64,000 nucleotides of DNA from Planctomycetota bacterium (GTDB lineage: Bacteria; Planctomycetota; PLA2; JAEUHO01), in assembly GCA_965223505.1 (NCBI GenBank), contig CBDCWP010000011.1:39077-103076 (forward strand), in the 5' to 3' direction. This document shows, piece by piece, positions 43,515-53,976 of this stretch. The position numbers and the translations under genes were made by a program. The notes under the pieces were generated by a model, which had not been told where the DNA came from, did no database searches, and saw only the letters and a program-made list of their open reading frames with translations. How positions within the stretch are numbered: position 1 is the first letter of the stretch; the number at the start of each line of letters is the position of its first letter.

Positions 43515-46500
43515 ATGGACGAAGCACGCATCTTCAACGAGGCCCTCCAACGCCCGCCCCGGGCGCGCGGCGCGTGGCTCGCCGACGTATGCGACGGGGA
43601 CGACGCGCTGCGCGCGCGCGTCGAGCGGCTGCTGGATGCGCATGAGCGGGGCGAGGGGTTCATGGCCCGCGGCGGGGTCGCCGACGACGAGCGGACGATC
43701 GGCGCCTACCGCATCCTGGACGAGATCGGCCAGGGCGGATGCGGCACGGTCTACGTAGCCGAACAGACGGAGCCGGTGCGGCGCCGCGTCGCGCTCAAGG
43801 TCATCAAGGCGGGCATGGACAGCCGCGAGGTCGTCAAGCGGTTCGAGGCCGAGCGCCAGGCGCTCGCGCTCATGGATCATCCGAACATCGCGCGCGTGTT
43901 CGACGGCGGCACCACGCCGCGTGGTCGCCCGTACTTCGTCATGGAGCTGGTGAAGGGCATTTCGATCCTCAGCTACTGCGATCAATGCCGCGTCTCGTTG
44001 CGCGAGCGGCTGCGGTTGTTCGTGGAGGTGTGTAGGGCGGTGCAGCACGCGCACCAGAAGGGCGTGATCCACCGCGATCTCAAGCCCTCGAACATCCTGG
44101 TTGGCGTGATGGACGGCCGCGCCGCGACGAAGGTGATCGACTTCGGCGTGGCGAAGGCCATCGGTCAGCAGCTGACCGATGCCACGTTCCACACGGCGTT
44201 CGCTCAGATGATCGGCACCCCGCAGTACATGAGCCCAGAACAGGCGGAGATGAGCGCGCTCGACGTCGACACGCGCGCGGACGTATACGGCCTGGGCGTG
44301 GTGCTCTACGAGCTGCTGACCGGCACACCGCCGCTGACGCGCGAACGACTGCTGACGCTGCCGATCGACGAGCTGCGTCGGGTGATCCGCGAGGAGGATC
44401 CGCCCACGCCCAGCGCACGGCTCACGCAGCTGAACGGCAGCGGCGAGACCGTGGCGGCGGCACGCCGTACGGACCTCCGCCGGCTGGTCCGCGCGGTGCA
44501 CGGGGACCTCGACTGGATCGTGATGAAGGCGCTCGAGAAGGACCGCACGCGCCGTTACGACACCCCGCTCGGAATGGCGGACGACGTGGAGCGCTACCTC
44601 GCCAACGAGCCGATCCTCGCGCGGCGCCCGTCGTGGGCGTACCGCGGACGCAAGTTCCTGCGCCGCAACCGCACCGGCGTCGCCGTCGTCGCGGCCGCCG
44701 TGGTCGCCCTGGCGCTCGGTGCATGGATCCTGCAGGATCGCGGCGCCCGCGCCGACCGACTAACGAGCGACGCGTCCTCGGCGCTGGCAGAGGCGACCCG
44801 GCTCCAAGAGGATGCCTGGGCGGGCTCGAGCCGGCCGACGCGCGTACGCGGTCGCCTGGAGGCGGCCGCCGCTGCGCTGGACCGGGCGCGCGCCCTCCTG
44901 GATGCCGTGCCGGGCGGCGCCGACGCCGCCGTGGCAACACGGTTGAAAGACGCGTACGCGGCGCTGCGTGCGAACGAGGCGGACCTCGCGCTGCTCTCCG
45001 GGATCGAAGCGCTGCGGCTAAGGGACCCGGCCATTGGCACACCCAGTTCCGCGACCGCGGAGCGCGAGGAACGCGTACGAGCCACGACGCGTGACGTCGA
45101 GGGAGCCCAGGCGGCGTTCTTCGCGCAGCACTTCGGGGAGCCCGGCGAAGGGAACACCACGGACATGGCGGCGCGCATCCGTGCCCGGTCCGCACCGGCG
45201 CGCGACGCGGTCGTCGCGTGGCTCTACGCCTGGCACCTCCAGGCCCATCGAGCCAAGGCGCCGTACGCGGGATGGATCTCCGGGGTGCTCGAAGCGGCGG
45301 ACGAGGATCCGCTGCGACGCGAGGTCCGGGCGGCGATCGTGCGCGGTGATCGCGGGCGCATCGACGCGCTGGCGCGCTCCGAGACACCACGCGAGCCCCT
45401 CTCGAGCATGGTGCTCGCCAACACGCTGCTCGCGGCGGGCGCGCTCGACGCCGCCACGCGCGTGCTGCACCGCGATCTCCTGCGGCACCCCGACGACTAC
45501 GAGCTGAACTCGATGCTCGCCGCGCTCTACGTCCGCCAGCGCCGCCCCCGCGAGGCGCTGCCCTACTTCCAGGCGGTATTCGCCCTGCGCCCGGACAGCG
45601 CGCTGCACGTCGTGGCGCTGAACTATGTCTACAACCACACCGGCGCCTACGCGGAGGCCCTCGCCGCGGCCGATCGCGCCATCGAGCTCGATCCCTCGCT
45701 GGCAGAGGCGTACGACAACCGGGGCGTCACGCTGTTCCACATGGAACGCTACGACGCCGCGGTGAAGGAACACGAGCGCGCCATCGCTCGCGACCCCGGG
45801 CTCGGCGCCGCCTACCACAATCTCTCGCGCGCGCAGCACGCCCTCGGCAAGCTCGCAGACGCCGAAGCCACGTTGCGTCGGGGCATCAAGGCACAACCCG
45901 GGCTCGCGGAGCTGCATGCGAAGCTGAGCGAGATCCTCCTCGAGCAGGGGCGCGTTCCCGCAGCGCTCGAAGCGCAGCGCAGGGCCTTGCAACTGGATCC
46001 GGGTCAGGCAGTGTGGTTCAACCAGCTTGGAGCCCTGTTGAGCATGGTCGGGAGGCCTGACGATGCGATGGAGGCCTTCGAGCAGGCGCAGGCGCTCGAT
46101 CCGTCGCTGCTCGAGGCGAACGTCAACCTCGCCCAGGGCTACGCGGCCCGCCGGCAGTTCGACAAGGCGCTCGCGAGCTGCCGCGCCGCCCTCGCGCTCG
46201 ACGAGAAGAGCGAGGAGGCGCACCTGGCGTTGGGGACGACCCACTTCCTCATGGAGGACTACCCGAAGGCCCTGCAGGCCTTCGAGGCCGTCGAGAAGCT
46301 GAACCCCGAGAACGGGCTGGCGCTCTGCAACCTCGGCGCGGTGCACCTACGGCTCGCGGATCCGGCCAAGGCGATCGAGGCGTGCGAGCGTGGACTGCGG
46401 CATCTGCCGGAAGGGCCCCGACAAGCGAACGGCTACCAGACCATGGGACTCGCCTTCGCGCGGCAGGGGAACGGCCTGAAGGCGGAGGCGGCATTCCGGG

Positions 46501-47027
46501 CATCGATCCGTTCGCTCGAGCCGAATCTCCCGGCGCACACGCAACTGGCGTACGTACTGGCCGCGACGAACCGCGTTTCCGAGGCGGTGGAGCACCTCGA
46601 GCAGGCGCTGAAGGTCGACCCGAAACACTTCGAGGTCGCGAACGCGCTCGCCTGGATGCTCGTCACGCATCCCGATCTCGCGAAGCGTGACGCCCCGCGG
46701 GCCGTCGCGCTGGCGACCCGGGCGCTCGAAGGCTCACCGGACAACGGCGCCGTGATGAACACCCTCGGCATCGCGTTGATGCAGGACGGCAAGTCGAAGC
46801 GAGCGATCGAGGTGCTCATGGAGGCGATCGACCGCCAGCAGGGCGGCAGCGCGTACGACTACTTCCCCCTGGCGGCGGCGCACGCGGCGCTCGGTGCCGT
46901 AGACGAAGCCCGACGCTGGCAGCAGCGCGGACTGGAGTGGATGGCGAAGAACTCGGCGCAGGTGCGCCCCGAGCTCGTGCGGTTGCGTGACGAGGCGGCG
47001 GCGCGCGTGGAACCCGAGAAGAAGTAG
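43515..47027 (+). CDS. Ser/Thr kinase with TM helix and TPR repeats
   Basis: GQGGCGTVY, HRDLKPSN, IDFGVAK, GTPQYMSPEQ; TPRs (AYDNRG, AYHNLS, NALAW). Confidence 0.95.
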   Translation: MDEARIFNEALQRPPRARGAWLADVCDGDDALRARVERLLDAHERGEGFMARGGVADDERTIGAYRILDEIGQGGCGTVYVAEQTEPVRRRVALKVIKAGMDSREVVKRFEAERQALALMDHPNIARVFDGGTTPRGRPYFVMELVKGISILSYCDQCRVSLRERLRLFVEVCRAVQHAHQKGVIHRDLKPSNILVGVMDGRAATKVIDFGVAKAIGQQLTDATFHTAFAQMIGTPQYMSPEQAEMSALDVDTRADVYGLGVVLYELLTGTPPLTRERLLTLPIDELRRVIREEDPPTPSARLTQLNGSGETVAAARRTDLRRLVRAVHGDLDWIVMKALEKDRTRRYDTPLGMADDVERYLANEPILARRPSWAYRGRKFLRRNRTGVAVVAAAVVALALGAWILQDRGARADRLTSDASSALAEATRLQEDAWAGSSRPTRVRGRLEAAAAALDRARALLDAVPGGADAAVATRLKDAYAALRANEADLALLSGIEALRLRDPAIGTPSSATAEREERVRATTRDVEGAQAAFFAQHFGEPGEGNTTDMAARIRARSAPARDAVVAWLYAWHLQAHRAKAPYAGWISGVLEAADEDPLRREVRAAIVRGDRGRIDALARSETPREPLSSMVLANTLLAAGALDAATRVLHRDLLRHPDDYELNSMLAALYVRQRRPREALPYFQAVFALRPDSALHVVALNYVYNHTGAYAEALAAADRAIELDPSLAEAYDNRGVTLFHMERYDAAVKEHERAIARDPGLGAAYHNLSRAQHALGKLADAEATLRRGIKAQPGLAELHAKLSEILLEQGRVPAALEAQRRALQLDPGQAVWFNQLGALLSMVGRPDDAMEAFEQAQALDPSLLEANVNLAQGYAARRQFDKALASCRAALALDEKSEEAHLALGTTHFLMEDYPKALQAFEAVEKLNPENGLALCNLGAVHLRLADPAKAIEACERGLRHLPEGPRQANGYQTMGLAFARQGNGLKAEAAFRASIRSLEPNLPAHTQLAYVLAATNRVSEAVEHLEQALKVDPKHFEVANALAWMLVTHPDLAKRDAPRAVALATRALEGSPDNGAVMNTLGIALMQDGKSKRAIEVLMEAIDRQQGGSAYDYFPLAAAHAALGAVDEARRWQQRGLEWMAKNSAQVRPELVRLRDEAAARVEPEKK

Positions 47028-47195
47028 CGACGAGACGCCCGCGGTCGACCCGTTGCATGACGGGCGGTCGCGGGATCACCGACACCGGACGCGACGTCTG
47101 CACGTCCGAGCTATGTGTCGGCCACCACGATGCAGACGACATGACCACGGCACGGCTCCCGGTACGCCCGGGCGCCGGCCGGGAAGGCGAGAGCG

Positions 47196-47816
47196 ATGAC
47201 TTCGAAGCGTGAGAAGACGTGGGAAGGCGTGCGCAATGCACGCTGGATGATGACCGGCCTGATCGTCCTGGCTGTGCTGCTCGGCATCACGGCCTGGGTC
47301 GAGGCCAAGGGCGGGACCAAGCTCGACGCGGTGTTCGAGAGCGGGAACGGCGAGGCGATCCTCGGCGACGGAGCGGGTCCCTACGAAGCCTCCCTGAGCG
47401 GGCGCTGGAGCTTGTTCAGCCTCAACACCGACTCGCGGGCGCTGTGGCTGGACTTCACGGGGCTGCAGTACGGTCCCGGCGACACGCCGTTCGGCGGCGC
47501 CTCGAGCGGGTACCTCACCAACGTCAAGATCGACGGCGCGGGCTGGACGCTCGAGTTCAACGCTCCCGCGCCCGACGGCAGCGGCAATACGCCCTGGCTC
47601 CTCGACCTGCAGCGCACCAGCTACGTGCAGATCGACCTGGACGGTGACGGCGTGACGGACGTCATCGAGAACAGCGGAACGGCCGACACCCTGAGGTGGT
47701 GGGACGGCAGCAAGCACCAGGGCCCCGGCGGTCGCGGCGGACGCGGCGCGGCGAGCGGGTGGACCCTGGCCGGGAGCTACACGATGCCCTGGAAGATCAC
47801 GGCGACCGTGCGGTAG
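47196..47816 (+). CDS. secreted hypothetical protein
   Basis: Hydrophobic signal segment; one DLDGDG Ca-binding-like motif; exact start uncertain. Confidence 0.6.
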   Translation: MTSKREKTWEGVRNARWMMTGLIVLAVLLGITAWVEAKGGTKLDAVFESGNGEAILGDGAGPYEASLSGRWSLFSLNTDSRALWLDFTGLQYGPGDTPFGGASSGYLTNVKIDGAGWTLEFNAPAPDGSGNTPWLLDLQRTSYVQIDLDGDGVTDVIENSGTADTLRWWDGSKHQGPGGRGGRGAASGWTLAGSYTMPWKITATVR

Positions 47817-47926
47817 CCGGACGTTACGCAGCCCCGCGCGGCGAACCGCGTCGGGCGCACGGGGCCGCCGCTATGGCCTGCGCGGCGGCCCCCGACCCCT
47901 CCCCCGCAGGCCCAAGGAGCAAGGCA

Positions 47927-48985
47927 ATGAAACAGCATGCAAGCACGACCGCGATCGTCCTGATCGTCGGTCTCGCGGTGGCCATCCCGGCGTACGCGTT
48001 GTCCGTCGGCGAGGTGGAGGTCGCTTTCCATCTCGATCCCGGCGAGCACCCGGAGGGCATCGCCTTCGACGGCGACGGCAACCTCTACTTCGGCAACAGG
48101 ACCGACACGCCGGCGGGCTACGCCTCGACCCTCGTCCGGATCAAACCGGGCAAGGACCCCGAGACGATCGCGTCGTTCGCCGTCTCCCCCCTGGGGACGC
48201 CCTCGCTGCTCGGTCTGACGACCGACCAGGACGGCGACGTCTACGCGGCCTTGGTCGGCGGCCCCGACCACGGCGTCTGGCGCGTGAGCAGCAACGGCAA
48301 ACACAAGACCCGGATTCCCGGATCGGAGAACATCGCGTTCCCCAACGCGCTCACCTTCGACGCCCAGGGAAACCTCTACGTGACCGACAGCGGACCGGTC
48401 GTCCATCCGGTCGGCGGCGGCATCTGGCGGCTCGCGCGCGGTGCCTCGGCGTTCGAGCTCTGGACCGACCATGTGTCGCTCTCCCCCATCGACGAGGGCG
48501 CGAGCTCGACGTCGCTGTTCCCCGGCGCCAACGGCATCGCGTTCCGCGCGCCAGACACGCTGTACGTGGCCAACTCCGAGCGCAACCTGCTCTTGCGCGT
48601 CGGCATCGAAGCCGACGGCAGCGCGGCAACGCCCGAAGTGATCGCGGGAGTCCCGTTCCCCGACGGCATCGCCGTCGACATCGAGGGTCAGGTCCACGTG
48701 GCCCTGCCGGGCCATGCGATCCTCCCGCTCGTCACCGGCCTGCCGATCCGGTTCCCACCGCTGATCGTGGTGAACCCCGACACGGGCGTTTGGACCGGCA
48801 CGACCGATGCGGCGTACGACGACCTGTTCGACGTACCGCTCAGCATCGCCTTCGACACGCGCCCCGGGCGCCGGACGCACCTCTACGCGACGAACGGCGA
48901 CCTGGCCATCGCGCCGTTCCCGATCGGCACGGGCCCGCGCCTCACGCGGGCCGACGTCGGCGTGCGGGGCTACCCGCTGCGGTAG
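47927..48985 (+). CDS. SMP-30/gluconolactonase/LRE-family beta-propeller, secreted
   Basis: AAGGAG RBS; HPEGIAFD, FPNALTFDAQGNLYVTDS, GANGIAF, FPDGIAVD. Confidence 0.85.
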   Translation: MKQHASTTAIVLIVGLAVAIPAYALSVGEVEVAFHLDPGEHPEGIAFDGDGNLYFGNRTDTPAGYASTLVRIKPGKDPETIASFAVSPLGTPSLLGLTTDQDGDVYAALVGGPDHGVWRVSSNGKHKTRIPGSENIAFPNALTFDAQGNLYVTDSGPVVHPVGGGIWRLARGASAFELWTDHVSLSPIDEGASSTSLFPGANGIAFRAPDTLYVANSERNLLLRVGIEADGSAATPEVIAGVPFPDGIAVDIEGQVHVALPGHAILPLVTGLPIRFPPLIVVNPDTGVWTGTTDAAYDDLFDVPLSIAFDTRPGRRTHLYATNGDLAIAPFPIGTGPRLTRADVGVRGYPLR

Positions 48986-49194
48986 CGTCTTCACGGCAGG
49001 GGCCGGCGGGCACGTGTGTCCGCCGGCCGATCCGTGGCGCTGCGATCTCGCTTTCGGCACGAGCCGCGTCCGAGCAGTTCAGGTCGGCCGATGGCGAGCC
49101 CGACGGTAGAGCCGACCTGCACGCCCTGGGCGTGGCCCGCACGGCGACGAGATCGCCGGCCGACGGGAACCGCTCGTCACGGTCGCTGGCAGGC

Positions 49195-49401
49195 CTAGGC
49201 AGGGGGCCGGTTTTGGATCAGGACGTCCGGACAGAGGTCGGCTCCGGAGGGCCACACGAGCGTGCCGAACTCAGGATCCACGCGCACCTGAGCGAAGAGA
49301 TTGTCGTCGTTGCGTATCGCCTCGAATGCGGGCCCCTCCAGCAAAGTAGTGAGGTATACGGTCCCCATGCCGCCCGAGCCGAGCTCGGAGAGGACCTCGT
49401 A
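49195..49401 (-). pseudogene. chimeric remnant: kinase Gly-rich loop fused to DUF2442-like C-terminus
   Basis: YEVLSELGSGGMGTVYL followed by TTLLEGPAFEAIR..FAQVRVDPEFGTLVWPSGADLCPDVL. Confidence 0.65.
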
Positions 49402-49638
49402 GGCGCTCGGAGGCGCCGGACCGGGACTGCGTCCAAGCGACCCTCGCTGAGGCTGGGAGATACGGCCATTGGGGTGCAGGTGGGAAGAGGACACACCGAG
49501 TCCCATCGTGCCTCGGTCGGATGTGGGGAGGGGTGGAGAGTCCAGTTGCATGGTCCAGGTCGCGCGGATGCACGGTTAACCTGAGCGTATAGACGGGGGC
49601 AGTCGCCGCAGCCTATGCTCGTGCCCAGGAGGTGCTCG

Positions 49639-51354
49639 ATGAGGTTCGCCACGGCGGCCGCTCTCTATCTCTTCTTGCTTGCAGCTTGTACAGGAGGCCC
49701 GTGCCGGCCGTGCCCCACGCGGTGCTGTCCGCCGCCCCCGTACCGTGCCATCGCGCCGGCGGCGACGGCCGAGGCCGACCGCGCGCTCCTTTGGGAGGGG
49801 CTTGGCGACTACCGCTACCAGGTCAGCACGGACAACGAGGAGGCACAGCGCTATTTCGATCAAGGGCTGGCGCTCTGCCATGCCTTCAACCACGACGAGG
49901 CGGCTCGGTCCTTCGCGCAGGCCCGCATGCTGGACCCGGGGTGCGCCATGGCCTGGTGGGGCGAGGCGTACGCGCTCGGCCCCAACTACAACCTCCAACT
50001 TCCCGAGCTCTACGGCAATCGAGCGCTCGAAGCGCTCCGCGAGGCCGATGCGAGGAAGGCGGACGCCACCCCATCGGAGAGGGCGCTCATCGAAGCGCTT
50101 GCCGCACGGTTCTCGGATCCCGCGCCGGAGTCCAGCGACAAGGTCGGGCCGCTCAACGCTGCGTACGCGCAGGCCATGGCTGGGGTCTGGGCTGCTCATC
50201 CCGACAATCCCGAGGTGGGGTTCCTCTACGCCGATGCAGTCATGAACCAGCGCCCCTGGCATCTCTATACGCAGGAACGCGAGCCTCATCCCGAAGCGCT
50301 CGAGGCCGTAGCCGTCCTCGAGCGTGTTCTCGGCTTGAACGAGAACCACCCGGGCGCGAACCACCTCTACATCCACGCCATCGAGCCCTCGAAGACGCCC
50401 AAGCGCGCCGAGCCTGCGGCGGACCGTCTCGCGGCGCTCATGCCGGGGGCGGGCCATCTCGTGCACATGCCATCCCACATCTACATGCGCGTCGGCCGGT
50501 ATGCAGACTCGGTAGCGGCCAACGCACGGGCCTCGGCCGTAGATCGCGCCTACTTTGCGCGCGCTCGTGGAGAGCAGGGCATCTACCACATCTACCACTT
50601 GCACAACGATCACTTCCTCATCTGGAGCGAGATGTTCCGGGGCAGGGACAAGGCGGCACTGCGCGCCTGCGAGCAGCTGATGGAGGACGTGCCGGAGCAC
50701 CTCGCCGAGTCTCCCTTCGTCACGGAGTTCTATGGCGTGCGATACCACGTGCTCGTGCGATTCGGCCGGTGGAAGGAACTGATCTCCACCCCGGCCCCAC
50801 CTGCTGTGCACCCCTTCGCCACGGCGATGTGGCACTACGGTCGCGGCGTCGCCTTTGCGAATACGGAACGAATCGAAGAGGCACGCGCCGAAGCGACCGC
50901 CTTCGAGAAGGCAGCCGCCAAGGTGCCGGAGGACCTGGTGATCGCGGTCGTCGTGAAGGCGCACATGGTTCTCGACGTGGCGCGCCAGATGCTCGCCGGA
51001 GAGACGGCGTTCAAAGCGGGAGACGTCGACGAGGGGCTCGCGGCGCTTCGCCGCGCCGCGACCGCGGAGGACGCGCTTCCCTACACGGAGCCGAACCCCT
51101 GGATGTTCCCGACCCGTCACGCGCTCGGAGCGTTGGCTCTCGAGGCCGGACGCGTCGACGAGGCAGCGGCAGCCTACCGAGAGGACCTTGCGAAGTACCC
51201 CGAGAACGGTTGGTCGCTGCATGGCCTCGCCGAGTGCCTCGCGCTCCTGGGCCGTTCCGAGGAGGCCGCGGACGTCAAGGCGCGCTTCCGTCGCGCGTGG
51301 GCCGACGCCACGATCCGCCTCACGGGCTCCTGCTTCTGCCGCAAGGGCAACTAG
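49639..51354 (+). CDS. conserved TPR-like lipoprotein
   Basis: AGGAGG RBS, lipobox LLAAC; AQRYFDQG, FNHDEA, HPGANHLYIHA, HLVHMPSHIY, PENGWSLHGL. Confidence 0.85.
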   Translation: MRFATAAALYLFLLAACTGGPCRPCPTRCCPPPPYRAIAPAATAEADRALLWEGLGDYRYQVSTDNEEAQRYFDQGLALCHAFNHDEAARSFAQARMLDPGCAMAWWGEAYALGPNYNLQLPELYGNRALEALREADARKADATPSERALIEALAARFSDPAPESSDKVGPLNAAYAQAMAGVWAAHPDNPEVGFLYADAVMNQRPWHLYTQEREPHPEALEAVAVLERVLGLNENHPGANHLYIHAIEPSKTPKRAEPAADRLAALMPGAGHLVHMPSHIYMRVGRYADSVAANARASAVDRAYFARARGEQGIYHIYHLHNDHFLIWSEMFRGRDKAALRACEQLMEDVPEHLAESPFVTEFYGVRYHVLVRFGRWKELISTPAPPAVHPFATAMWHYGRGVAFANTERIEEARAEATAFEKAAAKVPEDLVIAVVVKAHMVLDVARQMLAGETAFKAGDVDEGLAALRRAATAEDALPYTEPNPWMFPTRHALGALALEAGRVDEAAAAYREDLAKYPENGWSLHGLAECLALLGRSEEAADVKARFRRAWADATIRLTGSCFCRKGN

Positions 51355-51889
51355 AGGCGGCCCGCGCGATGGCAGGGCCGCGTCCACTCTGGAGATCGAG
51401 CCCCCCGCGGCCCTTGCTTCGAACGGCGTTGTCGCCCTGGCCGTCTGAGGTCAGCGCCGGGGAGCCGTCGCAAGGCGACCGAGTCGGAGGTCGAAGACCC
51501 GGATGCCCCCAAGACGATCGAGGATCTGGTGAAGCGGGCCGAGGCTGGTGAGGCCTTCAGGTTTCAGCCTCGGTGGACATGCTGCTCGTGCTGAAGGCGG
51601 ACGGCACGTTCGACTACTACGGGCGACTCAAGGTGGGCGACGACGATGCCTTGACCCGAAACAGCCGGCCCAGGGAGACCGCCTACAGATTCGAAGGGGA
51701 TCAGCGATGGAGGGAACTGCCGCCAGCACCGGTGGCCCTCACGGGCCTCCCCAAGTTGACGGCACTGGGTTTCTGTAAACCCCCTTACGCACTCACTCCG
51801 GCTCCGCCTTCGCTCGTGCTATCCCCCAACCCGGTCACTTCGCCGGTCGAATTGGCACGAGCCCAGTCCACTCGGACGGAGCTCGTAAG

Positions 51890-51967
51890 TGGTCGGGGCG
51901 ACTGGACTCGAACCAGCGACCTCCTGAACCCCATTCAGGCGCGCTACCAAATCTGCGCCACGCCCCG
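51890..51967 (-). tRNA. tRNA-Pro (anticodon GGG)
   Basis: CGGGGCG acceptor stem, CCTGA-ATGGGGT-TCAGG anticodon arm, GGTTCGAGTCC T-arm, encoded CCA. Confidence 0.97.
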
Positions 51968-52123
51968 ACGCCTCGATTGGTGCGCGGAGTCTACTCCAGC
52001 CCGACACCTCCACCACCGATTCAGCAGCCGTTTGCAAAGTGCGCCCACGAATCCCCAGCGCTCGCTCCCGCTCGACCGGCGCCCCCTGCTCACCCCTCGC
52101 CCCCGCGCCGCGCGCCAGGCCTC

Positions 52124-52720
52124 TCATGCCGAGGCCAGCCCGTCGATCCCAGCTGCGACGTCGCGCTCGAACACGTCGTCACCGCGAAACAAATAGCCGG
52201 CGCCGCCGCGCCTCGCCCACGCGTCCAGGCACTCGCCCTTGTTGTCGATCAACATCACCTCCGACGGCGAACACGCGATGCCGATCCGTTCCATCGCGAT
52301 CTCGCACAATCGACCCTTGTCGGTCGTGCGCTCCTCCCAGGACGTCACGATCGCGTCCGTCACATCGGCGAAGCCGCATGACGGCACGATCACGTCGGAG
52401 AACAGATCCGGATTCACGGTGACGATCGCCTGCGGGAGGTGACGCGCGCGGAAGAAGGCGTGCGTGAACGGGAAGAACTCGATGTGTTCGCAGCGAGCTC
52501 GCATGTGGGCGAGGATCTCATCGGCCGACAACGACATCCGCTCTGACAGCCGCGCTGCGAACGCGCGCACGTCGATGTCGCCCCTGCACCACTCGTTGCC
52601 GAGGCCGTCGTCGAACGTGCGGTAGACCTCCATCCACGCCGGCCCGCTGTCCCAGATGAACCGCTCGTTGCAAAGCGTGTCCCCGAAGTCCCAAAGCAGG
52701 CACTGAATACGCGTCGTCAC
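52124..52720 (-). CDS. HAD-like hydrolase
   Basis: GTG start; LLWDFGDTL motif I, IVTVN, K, LIDN. Confidence 0.7.
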   Translation of the reverse strand: MTTRIQCLLWDFGDTLCNERFIWDSGPAWMEVYRTFDDGLGNEWCRGDIDVRAFAARLSERMSLSADEILAHMRARCEHIEFFPFTHAFFRARHLPQAIVTVNPDLFSDVIVPSCGFADVTDAIVTSWEERTTDKGRLCEIAMERIGIACSPSEVMLIDNKGECLDAWARRGGAGYLFRGDDVFERDVAAGIDGLASA

Positions 52721-52734
52721 GATGGGGGAGCTCC

Positions 52735-53976
52735 CTACGGGCAACAGCGTCGCAGCAGGGCCAGGTTGAGCGCCGCCACCTCGTCGTTGAAGACGTTGTT
52801 GTGGCCGTCGGTCTCGTCCGTCGCCGTCACGATGCCCGATGACTCCAGGTAGAGCACTCTCCGGTTCGACGCCATGCCCCCGAGGTCGCCGGGATCGCCT
52901 TCGCCGCCGACATCGCGAACGTCGAAGTGCGCGTCGCGCTTCCGTGCCCACCCCAGCGCGCGACTCGATCCGACATGCCGCGTCCAGGGCGCGGCCTTCA
53001 CGGCATGGTCGTGCTTCGACGACGTGAGCGCGAACTTCGTATCCGGCCACTCGGCGAACGCCGCGTACGGCGTGCCTTCGAAGTGATGCCATTTGAAAAT
53101 CGTGCGGAGCGTGCTCGATACGAAGCGGTGAACACGAAACGCGCCCTGAAGCGCAATGAAGAGATCGACCGGCGAGCTGCCTTGGTAGTCCACCGCGTCG
53201 AGCAGCGGTCGCGAGAACATGGCGCGGCTCAGCACCCGCGATCCGAAGCTGTGTCCGATGCAGATCAACTTCGTGTCCGTGTCGCGCAGCACCGGCTCCA
53301 ACACGCGATGCAGCAACCGATTCGCGGCCGTCAAGCCGACCTCGTCCGCGTCCGGCGCCTTGTTCGGGTAGCTCGCGAGATGGCCCACGCGGCCGAACGC
53401 CCAGCACGACGGCCACGTCACCGCGAAGACCAACGGCACCACGGGCGCACCCCCGTCCGTCTTCGAATGTCGGACGATACCGTCCACGACCGCGTTGATG
53501 CGCTCCACCGACAGCGCCTGCGCGTTGTTCCAACCCATCGCCACGACGAAGACGTGCGTCGGCTTCAGGCTGTCCACGTCTCGACGAACTCGCTCTTGCA
53601 GCCCTTCCAGCGCCTCTTCGCCGCGCAGGAACGCCCCGGTCGTGGGGCTCGTCTCCTCGAACTCGTTGTGCAGGAAGGCGGCCTTGCCGTTCGCATCGTG
53701 GCGTAGGATGTGCGAAACGAACATGTGACGCGGGTTGCGCAGCCGCCGCCGCAGCCATCCGCGGTACTCGTCGAACGCCTTGGCGCGCGTGTTGTAGTGC
53801 AATCGCAGACGTTTCTTGGGCGGCGCGCCGATGACTTCGCGGTGCGCCTTCTCCACGGCAACGAGGTAGCCGGGAAACGCCAGTCGTACGTCGCATTCGG
53901 GCTGTACGGCCGGGTGAAACGAGCGCTCGAGCTCGCTGTCGATGCCCAGTGCCTTCTCTCGTTCGTCGATGCTCAC
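52735..53976 (-). CDS. alpha/beta-hydrolase fold protein
   Basis: AMGWNN oxyanion-like motif, IGHSFGSR nucleophile elbow, later D and GH. Confidence 0.7.
   Translation of the reverse strand: MSIDEREKALGIDSELERSFHPAVQPECDVRLAFPGYLVAVEKAHREVIGAPPKKRLRLHYNTRAKAFDEYRGWLRRRLRNPRHMFVSHILRHDANGKAAFLHNEFEETSPTTGAFLRGEEALEGLQERVRRDVDSLKPTHVFVVAMGWNNAQALSVERINAVVDGIVRHSKTDGGAPVVPLVFAVTWPSCWAFGRVGHLASYPNKAPDADEVGLTAANRLLHRVLEPVLRDTDTKLICIGHSFGSRVLSRAMFSRPLLDAVDYQGSSPVDLFIALQGAFRVHRFVSSTLRTIFKWHHFEGTPYAAFAEWPDTKFALTSSKHDHAVKAAPWTRHVGSSRALGWARKRDAHFDVRDVGGEGDPGDLGGMASNRRVLYLESSGIVTATDETDGHNNVFNDEVAALNLALLRRCCP

Larger units (their letters stand above)
35914..51902. mobile_element. putative ~16 kb genomic island at tRNA-Pro, no intact integrase seen
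   Basis: 14-bp direct repeat of the tRNA 3' end at both ends; cargo includes gene fragments. Confidence 0.5.

Noticed and set aside
51573..52196. 207-aa ORF running antisense through the tRNA
   Set aside because: Shadow ORF; its 5' part may be an unidentifiable gene remnant, and no integrase motifs were seen.
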